This document shows, one piece after another, positions 18,432 through 27,554 of a stretch of DNA of 64,000 nt. This DNA is from Bryobacteraceae bacterium (GTDB lineage Bacteria > Acidobacteriota > Terriglobia > Bryobacterales > Bryobacteraceae): assembly GCA_036272575.1 (NCBI GenBank), contig DATAYL010000543.1:25313-89312 (forward strand). The letters are read 5' to 3'. Each line of letters begins with the position of its first letter. Position 1 is the stretch's first letter. Position numbers and translations under genes: made by a program. The notes below the pieces were generated by a model. That model made no database searches. It was not told the DNA's origin and saw only the letters and a program-made list of their open reading frames with translations.

Positions 18432-18852
18432 AGCCCCAGGTGCGGCCCTGCACGCAAGCCGGCCCCCCGCGCTGTTTCACGAGGCGAATCCCCCGGCTTA
18501 CATCGGCGCGGCAGTAGGTGCGGCGACCGGCAACTGAACTGCACGCTATGATTTGTGGCCGCAGAGGCCCAGGACGGTTGACCACGCGGGCGACAGCGAA
18601 ATCGCCCGCGCAGCCCCGATCCACCCAAATGCCGCGCCGATCGAAGCCCCAGCTCGAATTCAAACGGCAAGCGGCCCGGCTGCGCTGCCGCACGAGCTGG
18701 ATACCGCGGCTCGTGTCGGCCCGGCAGTAGGTACGCTGACCCTTGTTCGAGTAGCAGGAAATCACCTGCGCATTCAGCGGAAGAAGAGAAACCGAAAGAA
18801 ATCCGCAGGAGACCAGGCAGGCAAACCGGAGTAGCTTACGGAGGGACGTCAT
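18370..18852 (-). CDS. DUF3011-type secreted Cys-rich protein (two tandem repeats)
   Basis: Signal peptide, then two about 58-aa repeats: C.S..G.RTYCRAD.SRGI.LV.QR...AC....[17 protein letters not shown]. This matches the pattern I remember for DUF3011. Confidence 0.7.
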   Translation of the reverse strand: MTSLRKLLRFACLVSCGFLSVSLLPLNAQVISCYSNKGQRTYCRADTSRGIQLVRQRSRAACRLNSSWGFDRRGIWVDRGCAGDFAVARVVNRPGPLRPQIIACSSVAGRRTYCRADVSRGIRLVKQRGGPACVQGRTWGFDNRGIWVDRGCQADFAVGR

Positions 18853-18955
18853 CGCCAGAATACTAGCAGAAATGCAAGGAGCGGTAAGGCGCTCAGCTTA
18901 ACATTTAGGAAGAACGGCAGCGGTCTTCGGCTCGCCGGACTTACTTTTCTTTCCA

Positions 18956-21799
18956 ATGATTAGATTACAGGCAGCACGCCGTCGATCACTCGCCCGAATT
19001 GTCTTGGCCAGTGGTGTAGTTGGAATTGCCGGAAGTCTGTTGGCCGGGCCGGCGGACAAGCTTTCGCCGGTCGACGCTGCTCAGCTGAATACGTACGCGA
19101 TGCCCATCGACTTGAATCGCGGGGCGGCGGGTCTCGCGAGATGCTTGCTCGAACTTCGCACAAGAGCCAGCCTGCTGATGGTAACGGCGCATCCGGACGA
19201 TGAAGATGGAGGGCTACTGGCGTACCAGGCGCGGCATGTCGGAGCACGCACGGCCCTGCTCACGCTGAATCGCGGCGAGGGCGGACAGAATGCCATGTCT
19301 ACCGATTTCTATGATGCGCTGGGGCTGGTGCGCACGCAGGAGCTGATGCAGGCTGACCGCTATTACGGCGTCCAGCAATTTTGGGGAACGGTGATCGACT
19401 ACGGGTTTTCCAAAACGCGCGAAGAGGCGTTGCACCAATGGGGCTACGAGCGCGTACTCTCCGACACAGTGCGAGTCGTACGCATGACCCGCCCGCTGGT
19501 CATCACCTCAGTATTTGTAGGAGCGCCGACGGACGGGCATGGGAATCACCAGGTGGCGGGACAGATCGCCCAGGAGGTGTTCAATGCAGCGGGCGATCCT
19601 ACTCAATTCCCCGAGCAGATTCGCGCGGGTCTGCGGCCTTGGAAGCCGCTCAAAGTTTACGAGCGGGTTCCCTTCTTTGCGCCGACTAAAGAAAAGACGA
19701 TTTACGATTACGCCACCGATAAGTATGTGCCGATCCGTTTTCGCAATTATGCCGATAAAACTTGGATCGACCAAACGCCATCGACGGATGTGAAGATACC
19801 GGAGGGCTCTACCGATCCAGCGGCGGGATTGACTTTCCTCCAAGCCGGACGAGAAGGCTGGGGATATCAGAAATCGCAGAATGGCGGAAACACGCTGCCG
19901 CCTCCCAATTTGTACACGGCGCCTTACCACCGTTACGCGTCGCGCGTCAGTGCCAGTGGAGCGGAGCAGTCTTTCTATGATGGCGTCGATATCTCGCTGA
20001 CCGGAATTGCCACTCTCAGCACCGGCGGCGACACCAAGTTTCTGATTGAAGGACTTAAGAAACTCTCTCTTTGCGTAGAGTCCGCAGCAGCACATTTCCG
20101 TGCGGACAATCCAGGAGGCATTGCGCCGGACCTGGCGAGCGGATTGAAACTGACGCGAGAGCTCACGGAAGCTGTGAAGACCAGCAAGCTTAGCGAGCCG
20201 GGGAAAAGCGATATCGCGTTTGAGCTCGAGCAGAAAGCGCAGCAGTTCGAGGTAGCGTTGCCGCTGGCGCTCAATCTTAGCTTTCTGGCGATGGTCGCGC
20301 CGGATAAAGAGCCTACTGGACCGTTTGCCGCCTTTGGTGGTTCACAAAGCACGTTTACGACGGCTATTCCGGGACAAAAATTTGGAGTGAAGACGCAGTT
20401 TCTAAATGGCGGCTCGGAACAGGTCAAGGTAGCCGGAGTATCGATCGAGCCTTCCGACGACAAGCTATGGAAGATCGTGGCGGAAACTGCGCCGTCCCAG
20501 ACAATGCTGCAAAGCAATGAGGAATTAAGGCATAAATTTGCCGTGACTGTGCCGGAAGACGCCACCTTTACCCGGGCATATTTCGAGCGGCCAAGCCAGG
20601 AGCAGCCTTACTACAACCTGACTGATGAACGATTTCGAAACTTGTCCTGGGCGCCTTACCCGCTTTCGGCGAAAGCTCACGTGATTTTTGACGGAGCGGA
20701 ATGGGACATGCGGCAGGTAGTACAAACTAATACGCGCCTGGAGGGCATCGGAATGAAGCAGGAGCCGCTCCTGCTCGCGCCCGCCATCTCGGTTTCGTTG
20801 GTGCCGGCGAGCGGCGCGGTGCCGCTTTCCTCCAAGAAGTTTTCCTTTACGTGCCGGCTGTATAGCAACGTGAAGGGCCCGGCTAAGGGCGTCCTGCGAT
20901 TAGAGCTGCCGCGCGGGTGGCAGGCTACCCCTGCCGATTACCCGTTTGCACTGAGCCGTGATGGCGACTCTGAAAATGCCAGCTTTGAGATCACGCCGGG
21001 TTCGGTGAGCCTGAAACGGTACGAGATCCGCGCAGTTGCCGACTACCGCGGCAAAAAGTATTCGGAAGGCTATCGGCTGGTTGGATACACGGGCCTGCGC
21101 CCTTATCCCTACTATCAGGCCGCCACCTACCAGGCGACCGGCGTCGATGTAAAAACCGCTCCCGATTTGCACGTTGGCTTTGTTCCTGGTACGGGCGACG
21201 ATTTGCCGGCGGCGTTGGCGGATTTAGGAATCAACGCGGTCACTTTATCGAAAAGCGATCTGGAAGGCGCCGATCTGCAGCGCTTTGACGCCATCGTCTT
21301 GGGTGTTCGCGCGTATAGCGTGCGGCCGGAGCTCAGGGCCGCGTACGGACGCCTCATGGATTACGTAAAAAATGGCGGCGTGTTGCTCGTCCAGTACAAC
21401 TTGCAGAACTTGGATGATGGCAATGGGCCGTATGCGTTTTCACTCGGCTCGAATCCGGCGAAGGTGGTGGATGAGAATTCTCGCGTGAAGCTGCTCGATC
21501 CGGCCAATGCCGTGCTGAATTGGCCAAACAAGATTACCGTGAACGACTTCAACGGATGGGAAGAAGAGCGCGGCCATGGATTTATGGAGCACTGGGACGC
21601 TCATTACCAGCCGCTTATAGAAACGAATGACCCCGATCAGCCGCCACAGCGCGGAGGGTTATTGGTCGCCCGATTCGGCAAAGGCGTGTATGTATATGAT
21701 GCGCTAGCCCTTTACCGGCAATTGCCGGCTGGCGTTTCGGGTGCTTATCGACTGCTTGCGAACCTGGTGAGCATCGGCAAGAATCCTGATCACAAATAA
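18956..21799 (+). CDS. PIG-L (LmbE-like) family deacetylase fused to a large C-terminal region (947 aa)
   Basis: LMVTAHPDDEDGGLL is the PIG-L/LmbE zinc motif (AHPDDE). An N-terminal hydrophobic segment is present. The C-terminal region (DAIVLGVRAY...) resembles ThuA/class-I glutamine-amidotransferase-like folds. Confidence 0.7.
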   Translation: MIRLQAARRRSLARIVLASGVVGIAGSLLAGPADKLSPVDAAQLNTYAMPIDLNRGAAGLARCLLELRTRASLLMVTAHPDDEDGGLLAYQARHVGARTALLTLNRGEGGQNAMSTDFYDALGLVRTQELMQADRYYGVQQFWGTVIDYGFSKTREEALHQWGYERVLSDTVRVVRMTRPLVITSVFVGAPTDGHGNHQVAGQIAQEVFNAAGDPTQFPEQIRAGLRPWKPLKVYERVPFFAPTKEKTIYDYATDKYVPIRFRNYADKTWIDQTPSTDVKIPEGSTDPAAGLTFLQAGREGWGYQKSQNGGNTLPPPNLYTAPYHRYASRVSASGAEQSFYDGVDISLTGIATLSTGGDTKFLIEGLKKLSLCVESAAAHFRADNPGGIAPDLASGLKLTRELTEAVKTSKLSEPGKSDIAFELEQKAQQFEVALPLALNLSFLAMVAPDKEPTGPFAAFGGSQSTFTTAIPGQKFGVKTQFLNGGSEQVKVAGVSIEPSDDKLWKIVAETAPSQTMLQSNEELRHKFAVTVPEDATFTRAYFERPSQEQPYYNLTDERFRNLSWAPYPLSAKAHVIFDGAEWDMRQVVQTNTRLEGIGMKQEPLLLAPAISVSLVPASGAVPLSSKKFSFTCRLYSNVKGPAKGVLRLELPRGWQATPADYPFALSRDGDSENASFEITPGSVSLKRYEIRAVADYRGKKYSEGYRLVGYTGLRPYPYYQAATYQATGVDVKTAPDLHVGFVPGTGDDLPAALADLGINAVTLSKSDLEGADLQRFDAIVLGVRAYSVRPELRAAYGRLMDYVKNGGVLLVQYNLQNLDDGNGPYAFSLGSNPAKVVDENSRVKLLDPANAVLNWPNKITVNDFNGWEEERGHGFMEHWDAHYQPLIETNDPDQPPQRGGLLVARFGKGVYVYDALALYRQLPAGVSGAYRLLANLVSIGKNPDHK

Positions 21800-21872
21800 C
21801 GGCCGTAACCTGGCGGCCTGAGATTACGAATCATAAGTAGAGAAACGGTAATCCATCTTCTTAGGTGCTCCC

Positions 21873-22535
21873 ATGTCGAGAAAACATTTTGCGTTTGTTC
21901 CTTTAGTCCTGGCGCTGGTCAGCGCGGCCTGTTTAACGGCTGGAACCAGTAACTTTCCGCAACCGGCGGTCGATATTCCGACGGCGTCCGAAGAGGGACT
22001 TCAGAAGGCGGTCCTGGCAGGCGGCTGTTTTTGGGGCATGGAGGGTTTGTTCGAGCGCATTAACGGCGTGAAGAAGGTGGTTTCGGGATTCGCCGGCGGA
22101 AAGAAATCCACGGCGCATTATGAAGAAGTGAGCACGGGTACCACCGGCCACGCCGAGTCGGTTGAAATTACCTTTGATCCGAAACAGATCACCTACGGGC
22201 AGCTCTTGATGATTTACTTTTCGGTAGGCCACGATCCGACGGAGTTAAACCGGCAGGGACCGGATTCCGGTTCCCAATACCGTTCAGTAATTTTCTACAC
22301 CAACGACCAGCAGAAGAAGGTAGCGGAGGCCTACATCAAGCAGCTAGAGGCTGCTAAGGTTTTTCACGGACCGATTGTTACTCAGGTGGTGCCCCTTCAG
22401 GGTTTTTATCCAGCGGAAGCGTACCATCAGCACTTCCTGGATAACAACATGACCTATCCCTACATCGTTTACAACGATCTGCCCAAACTCGCGGCGCTTA
22501 AAAAAGAATATCCGGAGTTTTGCAAGCGGCATTAA
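21873..22535 (+). CDS. msrA: peptide-methionine (S)-S-oxide reductase MsrA, exported form
   Basis: GGCFWGMEGLFERINGV...SGFAGG... is the canonical MsrA GCFWG active site. An N-terminal signal peptide is present. Confidence 0.9.
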   Translation: MSRKHFAFVPLVLALVSAACLTAGTSNFPQPAVDIPTASEEGLQKAVLAGGCFWGMEGLFERINGVKKVVSGFAGGKKSTAHYEEVSTGTTGHAESVEITFDPKQITYGQLLMIYFSVGHDPTELNRQGPDSGSQYRSVIFYTNDQQKKVAEAYIKQLEAAKVFHGPIVTQVVPLQGFYPAEAYHQHFLDNNMTYPYIVYNDLPKLAALKKEYPEFCKRH

Positions 22536-23548
22536 TTTCCGCGCACAAACGCGTTGCTCTCGCCGAGGTCTTTCGCGGTCTGTGCCAATACGCGCAGTTT
22601 GGCCCGTGTGATGTGGAGCGGGACATGGCCGAATCCGCATTCGCTGGTAAGCAGCAATCGCTCCGGTGGAAAGTATTCGAGAGCGGGTCTTAGTCTTTCC
22701 CGCACGATCTCGGCTGTCTCAATTTCATCGCTCCGCTGATCGATCACCCCGAGAGCCAGATCGCCATCGAATTTCCAGAGTTTCCAGAGATCCATGAGGT
22801 TATAAGACAGCGTGCAGTGTTCAAGCAGCACTTCATCGATATGGGCCTTGCGAAAGGCCGGCGCCAAATCTGTATAGCGTGTGAAGTAAATCCTTTTACG
22901 GCGTGGATTGCCGCCGCAAACATGCAGCCCCACGCGCATTTTGGGCAAGGAATCGATCAACTCGTTCAAAATGCCGCACGCCCACTCGCTTTGCTCCGGC
23001 GCTTCGGTCCACATCGGCTCGTCAAACTGGATGTGCTCGCAGCCCGCCGCGATCACTTCTTTCAGTTCCTCTCCGAGAACGCGGGCATACGCCCGGCAGA
23101 GGGCCTGTTCGTCCGGGTAGAGATCCGGCCGCTGATTCACGCTGAAGCGAGCGAGAACATGCGGCCCGGTCACGGTCTGTTTCACTGCTATTCCGGGAGG
23201 CGCTGCCGCTCTCGCGACCTTCCAGTTATGGGCCAGACCGAAGCGCGGATTTTCGATCGGTCCGATGATACGCGCGCATTCAATGGAAAAGCCGGCCGGG
23301 CCGAATTTTTGCAACACCATGTCCTCCATCGAAACGCCATCCAGGCGCTTTTGATAGAAGTAATACATGTTTTCGCGGTAGCTTTCGCCGTCGGTCACGG
23401 TAGGCAATCCTAGCTCGACCTGCTGCTGGACCGCCCAGCGAATCATGGCATCGATCTCATCCTGCGTTACCGAAGGCCGCTTCATCGTGTCCGCCACCGG
23501 CGCTGGCCGCGGATAGCTTCCAATTACTGTCGCGCGAAATTTCTTCAT
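22532..23548 (-). CDS. cobalamin-independent methionine synthase (MetE C-terminal)-like / UROD-superfamily zinc protein
   Basis: MKKFRATVIGSYPRP is the typical MetE-II start. LHVCGGN (H-x-C) and SECGFG keep the Zn ligands. The start overlaps the stop of 23545..24528 by 4 nt. Confidence 0.7.
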   Translation of the reverse strand: MKKFRATVIGSYPRPAPVADTMKRPSVTQDEIDAMIRWAVQQQVELGLPTVTDGESYRENMYYFYQKRLDGVSMEDMVLQKFGPAGFSIECARIIGPIENPRFGLAHNWKVARAAAPPGIAVKQTVTGPHVLARFSVNQRPDLYPDEQALCRAYARVLGEELKEVIAAGCEHIQFDEPMWTEAPEQSEWACGILNELIDSLPKMRVGLHVCGGNPRRKRIYFTRYTDLAPAFRKAHIDEVLLEHCTLSYNLMDLWKLWKFDGDLALGVIDQRSDEIETAEIVRERLRPALEYFPPERLLLTSECGFGHVPLHITRAKLRVLAQTAKDLGESNAFVRGN

Positions 23549-24528
23549 ACTTTTTCTGTTCCCGGCATGGTCCGTAAACCTGCCTCCACTCTCGCCTCGT
23601 TGATATGCGCCAGAATTCCTTCACTTAAGGGGCGAGGGGCGAATCCAATCTCTTGAATCAGTCGGCTTCCGTCCAGATCGTCCACTAAGGGCGTCGTCTC
23701 TATCGTCTCGTCAAATTCGATGTGCGCCTCGGGCAGCCATTGCCGTACCAGCGTCGCAAACTGCTCCGCGGTGACCGAACAACCGCTCGAGTTATAGGCG
23801 AAATTCGATAACTGGGGCTTCAATGTCAACCGCACCAGTTGTTCAGCGCAATCGTCAACATAAACCCAGCAATCCCGGCTGCGGCGCGAGAACGGCAGCT
23901 TGACGGGGTGGCCGATTGCCGGCAGCGAGACAAAGCTTTCCGCCCAAAGCACTGAACCCCGCTTCCGTCCATGGCCGAACACCACCGGCGGCCGCGCGCA
24001 GGCCAAGCTAATGCCGCTCTTTTCAACGTACTTAGCCGCCATAAACTCATTCAGGATTTTCATCACGCCGTAGGTGAAAAAATGATCCGCCGGTGCGCAG
24101 TAATCCTCTTCCCGGACCGGCCGTGCGCCGTAAACTTGTTGCGCCGCGCCGTACACCGTCTCGCTGCTGGTAAATACCAGCCGTGCCAGCTTGTGGCGCA
24201 GCGCCGCTTCAAACATGTTCACCATGCCGAGCACATTGACGCGCACGCCCAGCGGCGGATTCGCTTCCACTTCCGCGCTCATCAGATAAGCCAGGTGAAT
24301 GGCGTGCGTCACACCGGGTTCGAGTAGAAAAATCTTTTCGACATCCGCCTCCTGCGAGATATCGCATTCGACAAAGCGAAACAAGTCGGTTTGACCGCCT
24401 CTCAGCCGCCGTTGTACTTCAGGCGCAAGGCTCCAGTCGGCGACCACGGTGGAAATGCCTCGTTCTATTAAGTTGCGGGCTACCCGCCAGCCAATAAAAC
24501 CGCCGCCGCCCGTCACAAGAACTTTCAT
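23545..24528 (-). CDS. NAD-dependent epimerase/dehydratase family (extended SDR)
   Basis: MKVLVTGGGGFIGWRVARNL (GxxGxxG Rossmann motif). 327 aa. It starts 5 nt after the stop of the fuconate dehydratase gene. Confidence 0.8.
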   Translation of the reverse strand: MKVLVTGGGGFIGWRVARNLIERGISTVVADWSLAPEVQRRLRGGQTDLFRFVECDISQEADVEKIFLLEPGVTHAIHLAYLMSAEVEANPPLGVRVNVLGMVNMFEAALRHKLARLVFTSSETVYGAAQQVYGARPVREEDYCAPADHFFTYGVMKILNEFMAAKYVEKSGISLACARPPVVFGHGRKRGSVLWAESFVSLPAIGHPVKLPFSRRSRDCWVYVDDCAEQLVRLTLKPQLSNFAYNSSGCSVTAEQFATLVRQWLPEAHIEFDETIETTPLVDDLDGSRLIQEIGFAPRPLSEGILAHINEARVEAGLRTMPGTEKV

Positions 24529-24533
24529 GCGAT

Positions 24534-25790
24534 CTAAGATGCCGCCGCCCGGCTCAGCACAGCGGGTAGCAGGTCCGCCGAACAGCCCGGCTCCTCCGGT
24601 GTCTTGTAATAGCCGTTTTCCACCTGAGCCGGATGCAGAAAAGAATTGCGCAGGTGGGGTATGTATTCGAGAAATACAATCGGCTGTCCCAAGGCAATGC
24701 GATTGAAAAGAACCAAATGCTGATGAATCTGTCCCATGTCTCCCACGTGCGGCACGACCGGACGCTCAAATTTTCTTGCGAGCAAGCTCACCGTCAGAAA
24801 CTCGCTGATTCCCGCCACTCTCGTGCAATCGACCTGCACAAAATGCACAGCCCGGCCCTCCAGAAAGCTCTTGAACATGACGCGATTCGGCACGTGTTCG
24901 CCGAGCGCAATCGCGGTGGGCTCAATCGCTTCGGCCAATCTACGATGGGCGTCCACATCATCAGGGTGAGTCGGCTCTTCAATCCAGTAAGGCAGCGTAT
25001 TCCGCAGCCCTGAACACATTTCAAGGGCCTGGTGATACGTCCATTGCTGGTTCGCATCGAACATGAGTAATGATTGCGGTCCCACGAGCTCTCGCAACAT
25101 ATGCGCGCGGCGTAAGTCCCGCTTCCCGTCCTTTGATCCCACTTTCAACTTGAATCCCTTGAATCCACTGTCTAGCGCCTGTTTCACCTTTTCCCGCACA
25201 GTCGCATCATCATAGTGAAACCAGCCCACCGAGGTGTCATAGCCGGGATAGCCTTGTTTTAGAACCGGCATGCGCTGCTCCCGCGTCGATAGATGCCGTT
25301 GCAGAATTCCCAGGGCATCCGCATCCTGCATGGCATCTTCCAGGAAGCTCAAATCCAGCAGGCGGATCATCTCCTCGGGCTTCAAATCCAGCAGCAATCG
25401 CCACAGCGGCAAGCCTCGAGCCTTGGCCCACAGATCGAAACACGCATTCGTCAGTGACGCTAGAGCTAAATGCACCGGGCCCTTGTGCGGTCCCAGCCAG
25501 CGCAGCTGCGGATGATCGGCTAAGCGGCGCGAAAAAGCCCCGAAATCAGCCATTAGTTCTTCAATTTCGCGCCCGAACAAGGCCGGTAACAAGAGCTCAA
25601 TGAGCTCGCAGACAATCCGGTTTCCTTCGCCGAGCGTGAGTACAATTCCGCTTCCCGTTAGACCATCTTCGGTCGTCAGATTCGTCACTGCCAGGCAGTA
25701 TTCCGGTTGCGAGTGAACGGCATCGCTCCCGGCGCCTTCCGGCAGCGGGAAACGGCAGTCGACCGCCCTGCCTGACTTTATAACGTGCAT
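24534..25790 (-). CDS. fucD: L-fuconate dehydratase (enolase superfamily)
   Basis: Colinear with Xanthomonas FucD as I recall it: DCRFP...GSDA, QLRWLGPHKG, QGYPGYDTSVGW, KLKVG, DANQQW, WIEEPTHPDD, GEHVPNRVMFK. Start set at ATG 25790 (MHVIKSG...). Confidence 0.85.
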   Translation of the reverse strand: MHVIKSGRAVDCRFPLPEGAGSDAVHSQPEYCLAVTNLTTEDGLTGSGIVLTLGEGNRIVCELIELLLPALFGREIEELMADFGAFSRRLADHPQLRWLGPHKGPVHLALASLTNACFDLWAKARGLPLWRLLLDLKPEEMIRLLDLSFLEDAMQDADALGILQRHLSTREQRMPVLKQGYPGYDTSVGWFHYDDATVREKVKQALDSGFKGFKLKVGSKDGKRDLRRAHMLRELVGPQSLLMFDANQQWTYHQALEMCSGLRNTLPYWIEEPTHPDDVDAHRRLAEAIEPTAIALGEHVPNRVMFKSFLEGRAVHFVQVDCTRVAGISEFLTVSLLARKFERPVVPHVGDMGQIHQHLVLFNRIALGQPIVFLEYIPHLRNSFLHPAQVENGYYKTPEEPGCSADLLPAVLSRAAAS

Positions 25791-25862
25791 TCGGGGAGAG
25801 TTTACTAATAAACTGGATAGTTCGCAAATGAAACATCCCACTTGCCCCGAAGAACGCCGCTT

Positions 25863-26186
25863 ATGAAGAGGCTAGGATCCGTGCTACGTCTGAAACCCGA
25901 AGGCGAGGAACGTTACAGAAAGTATCACGCCGCGGTTTGGCCGGAGGTCCTCGAAACGCTGCGCCGAAGCAATGTCAAAAACTATTCTATTTTCTTGAAA
26001 GACGGTCATTTATTTAGCTATCTTGAATATCACGGCACCGATTTGAAAGCCGATTGGGATAAGATGGCCGCCGATCCAAAAACGCAGGAATGGTGGGCCA
26101 TCATGATGCCTTTGCAGGAACCGCTGGAGACCCGAAAGCCCGGCGAATGGTGGGCCGAAATGGAAGAAGTCTTTCATTTGGATTAA
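25863..26186 (+). CDS. RhaM/YiiL-family mutarotase (probable L-fucose/L-rhamnose mutarotase)
   Basis: MKRLGSVLRLKPEGEERYRKYHAAVWPEVLETLRRSNVKNYSIFL...EWW...EVFHLD parallels E. coli YiiL. Divergent from fucD. Confidence 0.8.
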   Translation: MKRLGSVLRLKPEGEERYRKYHAAVWPEVLETLRRSNVKNYSIFLKDGHLFSYLEYHGTDLKADWDKMAADPKTQEWWAIMMPLQEPLETRKPGEWWAEMEEVFHLD

Positions 26187-26191
26187 CCACC

Positions 26192-27547
26192 ATGCCGAAG
26201 CTGCCTCAACCAGGTCGTGTTGTGATCCTGTTTTTCCTGCTGTCTGTCTGCTTTGTTTTTTCCCAGACGATATCGCCCAGCTCCCCTGAAGAACAACGCA
26301 CGGCATGGTATCGCGACGCTAAGTTCGGGATGTTTATTCATTGGGGACCCTATTCGCTCGCCAGCGTGGAAGCTTCCTGGCCCATCATGCGGCCTTCTAA
26401 GGAGTTCCCGATTACAGAGCCAGAATACCGCTCGCTTCCAGACCGTTTTAATCCGCAACATTTCGATCCTTACGCCTGGGTTGCCCTAGCCAAAGCAGCG
26501 GGGCAGCGCTACATGGTGTTCACCACCAAGCATCATGACGGCTTCTGCATGTTCGATTCGCAGTTCACGGATCACAAGATTACTAAAACACCTTACGGCA
26601 AGGACATCGTTGCGCAACTCGCGGAGGCCTGCAAGCGCGAAAAGATGCCGCTCGGCTTTTATTACTCGCCGCCCGATATGTCGCATCCGGCATTCCGCGA
26701 CATTACCCAGCCCACAAGTAAGAACTGGCAAGGGGAACCCACGCGTCCCGAATGGCCGCTTTATCTGGACTACATGGAACTGCAATTACGCGAGCTGCTC
26801 ACCCGTTATGGGGACGTGGCGCTCATTTGGTTTGACGGTCTTTATAATCAGGGCAAGTATGACGGCGTTCGCATGCAGCGCGTCATTCATCAACTGCAGC
26901 CCCAGACGCTGATCAACAATCGTATTGGCATCGCCGGTGATTTTGAAACGCCCGAGCAGTTTCTTCCGGCCTCGATTCCCGTCAAGGGCAAAACTCTCGA
27001 CTTCAATCATCGCGAAACCGGCACCCGTCCAGACCAGGTCCCTTCACCGGAAGACTTCCGGCTCTGGGAAACCTGCATGACCATCAATCACACCTGGGCC
27101 TATAACAAGAATGACCGCGACTTTAAGTCGAGTAAGCAGCTGGTACGCACGCTGATTGAGGTCGCGAGCCGCGGCGGCAACTTTCTGCTGAACGTCGGCC
27201 CGCAGCCCGACGGCGGTATTCAACCGGAATTCCAGGAACGCCTGCTTGCTATCGGGAAATGGCTTTCCGTAAACGGTGATTCCATCTACGGCACTACCTA
27301 CGGACCTCTACAGAATCTGAGCTTCGGCCGCACCACCTCGAAAGGCCGCTACATTTATCTGCACGTCTTTGACTGGCCTTCCGGACCGCTCTCCGTGCCT
27401 CAACTAACGGGTAAAGTCGCATCCGTGACATTACTGGCAGGCGACCGTGCGGTTTCGTTTGAACAGCAAAGCGGCAACCTGATCATTCAAACCACCGGTT
27501 TGCAGCCGGACCCCTATGCCACCGTATTCAAATTGAGAATGCAGTGA
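26192..27547 (+). CDS. alpha-L-fucosidase, GH29 (Sec-type signal)
   Basis: WYRDAKFGMFIHWGPYS and TKHHDGFCMFDS are GH29 hallmarks. Start moved to ATG 26192 (MPKLPQPGRVVILFFLLSVCFVFSQ). Confidence 0.9.
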   Translation: MPKLPQPGRVVILFFLLSVCFVFSQTISPSSPEEQRTAWYRDAKFGMFIHWGPYSLASVEASWPIMRPSKEFPITEPEYRSLPDRFNPQHFDPYAWVALAKAAGQRYMVFTTKHHDGFCMFDSQFTDHKITKTPYGKDIVAQLAEACKREKMPLGFYYSPPDMSHPAFRDITQPTSKNWQGEPTRPEWPLYLDYMELQLRELLTRYGDVALIWFDGLYNQGKYDGVRMQRVIHQLQPQTLINNRIGIAGDFETPEQFLPASIPVKGKTLDFNHRETGTRPDQVPSPEDFRLWETCMTINHTWAYNKNDRDFKSSKQLVRTLIEVASRGGNFLLNVGPQPDGGIQPEFQERLLAIGKWLSVNGDSIYGTTYGPLQNLSFGRTTSKGRYIYLHVFDWPSGPLSVPQLTGKVASVTLLAGDRAVSFEQQSGNLIIQTTGLQPDPYATVFKLRMQ

Positions 27548-27554
27548 GGAAAAC

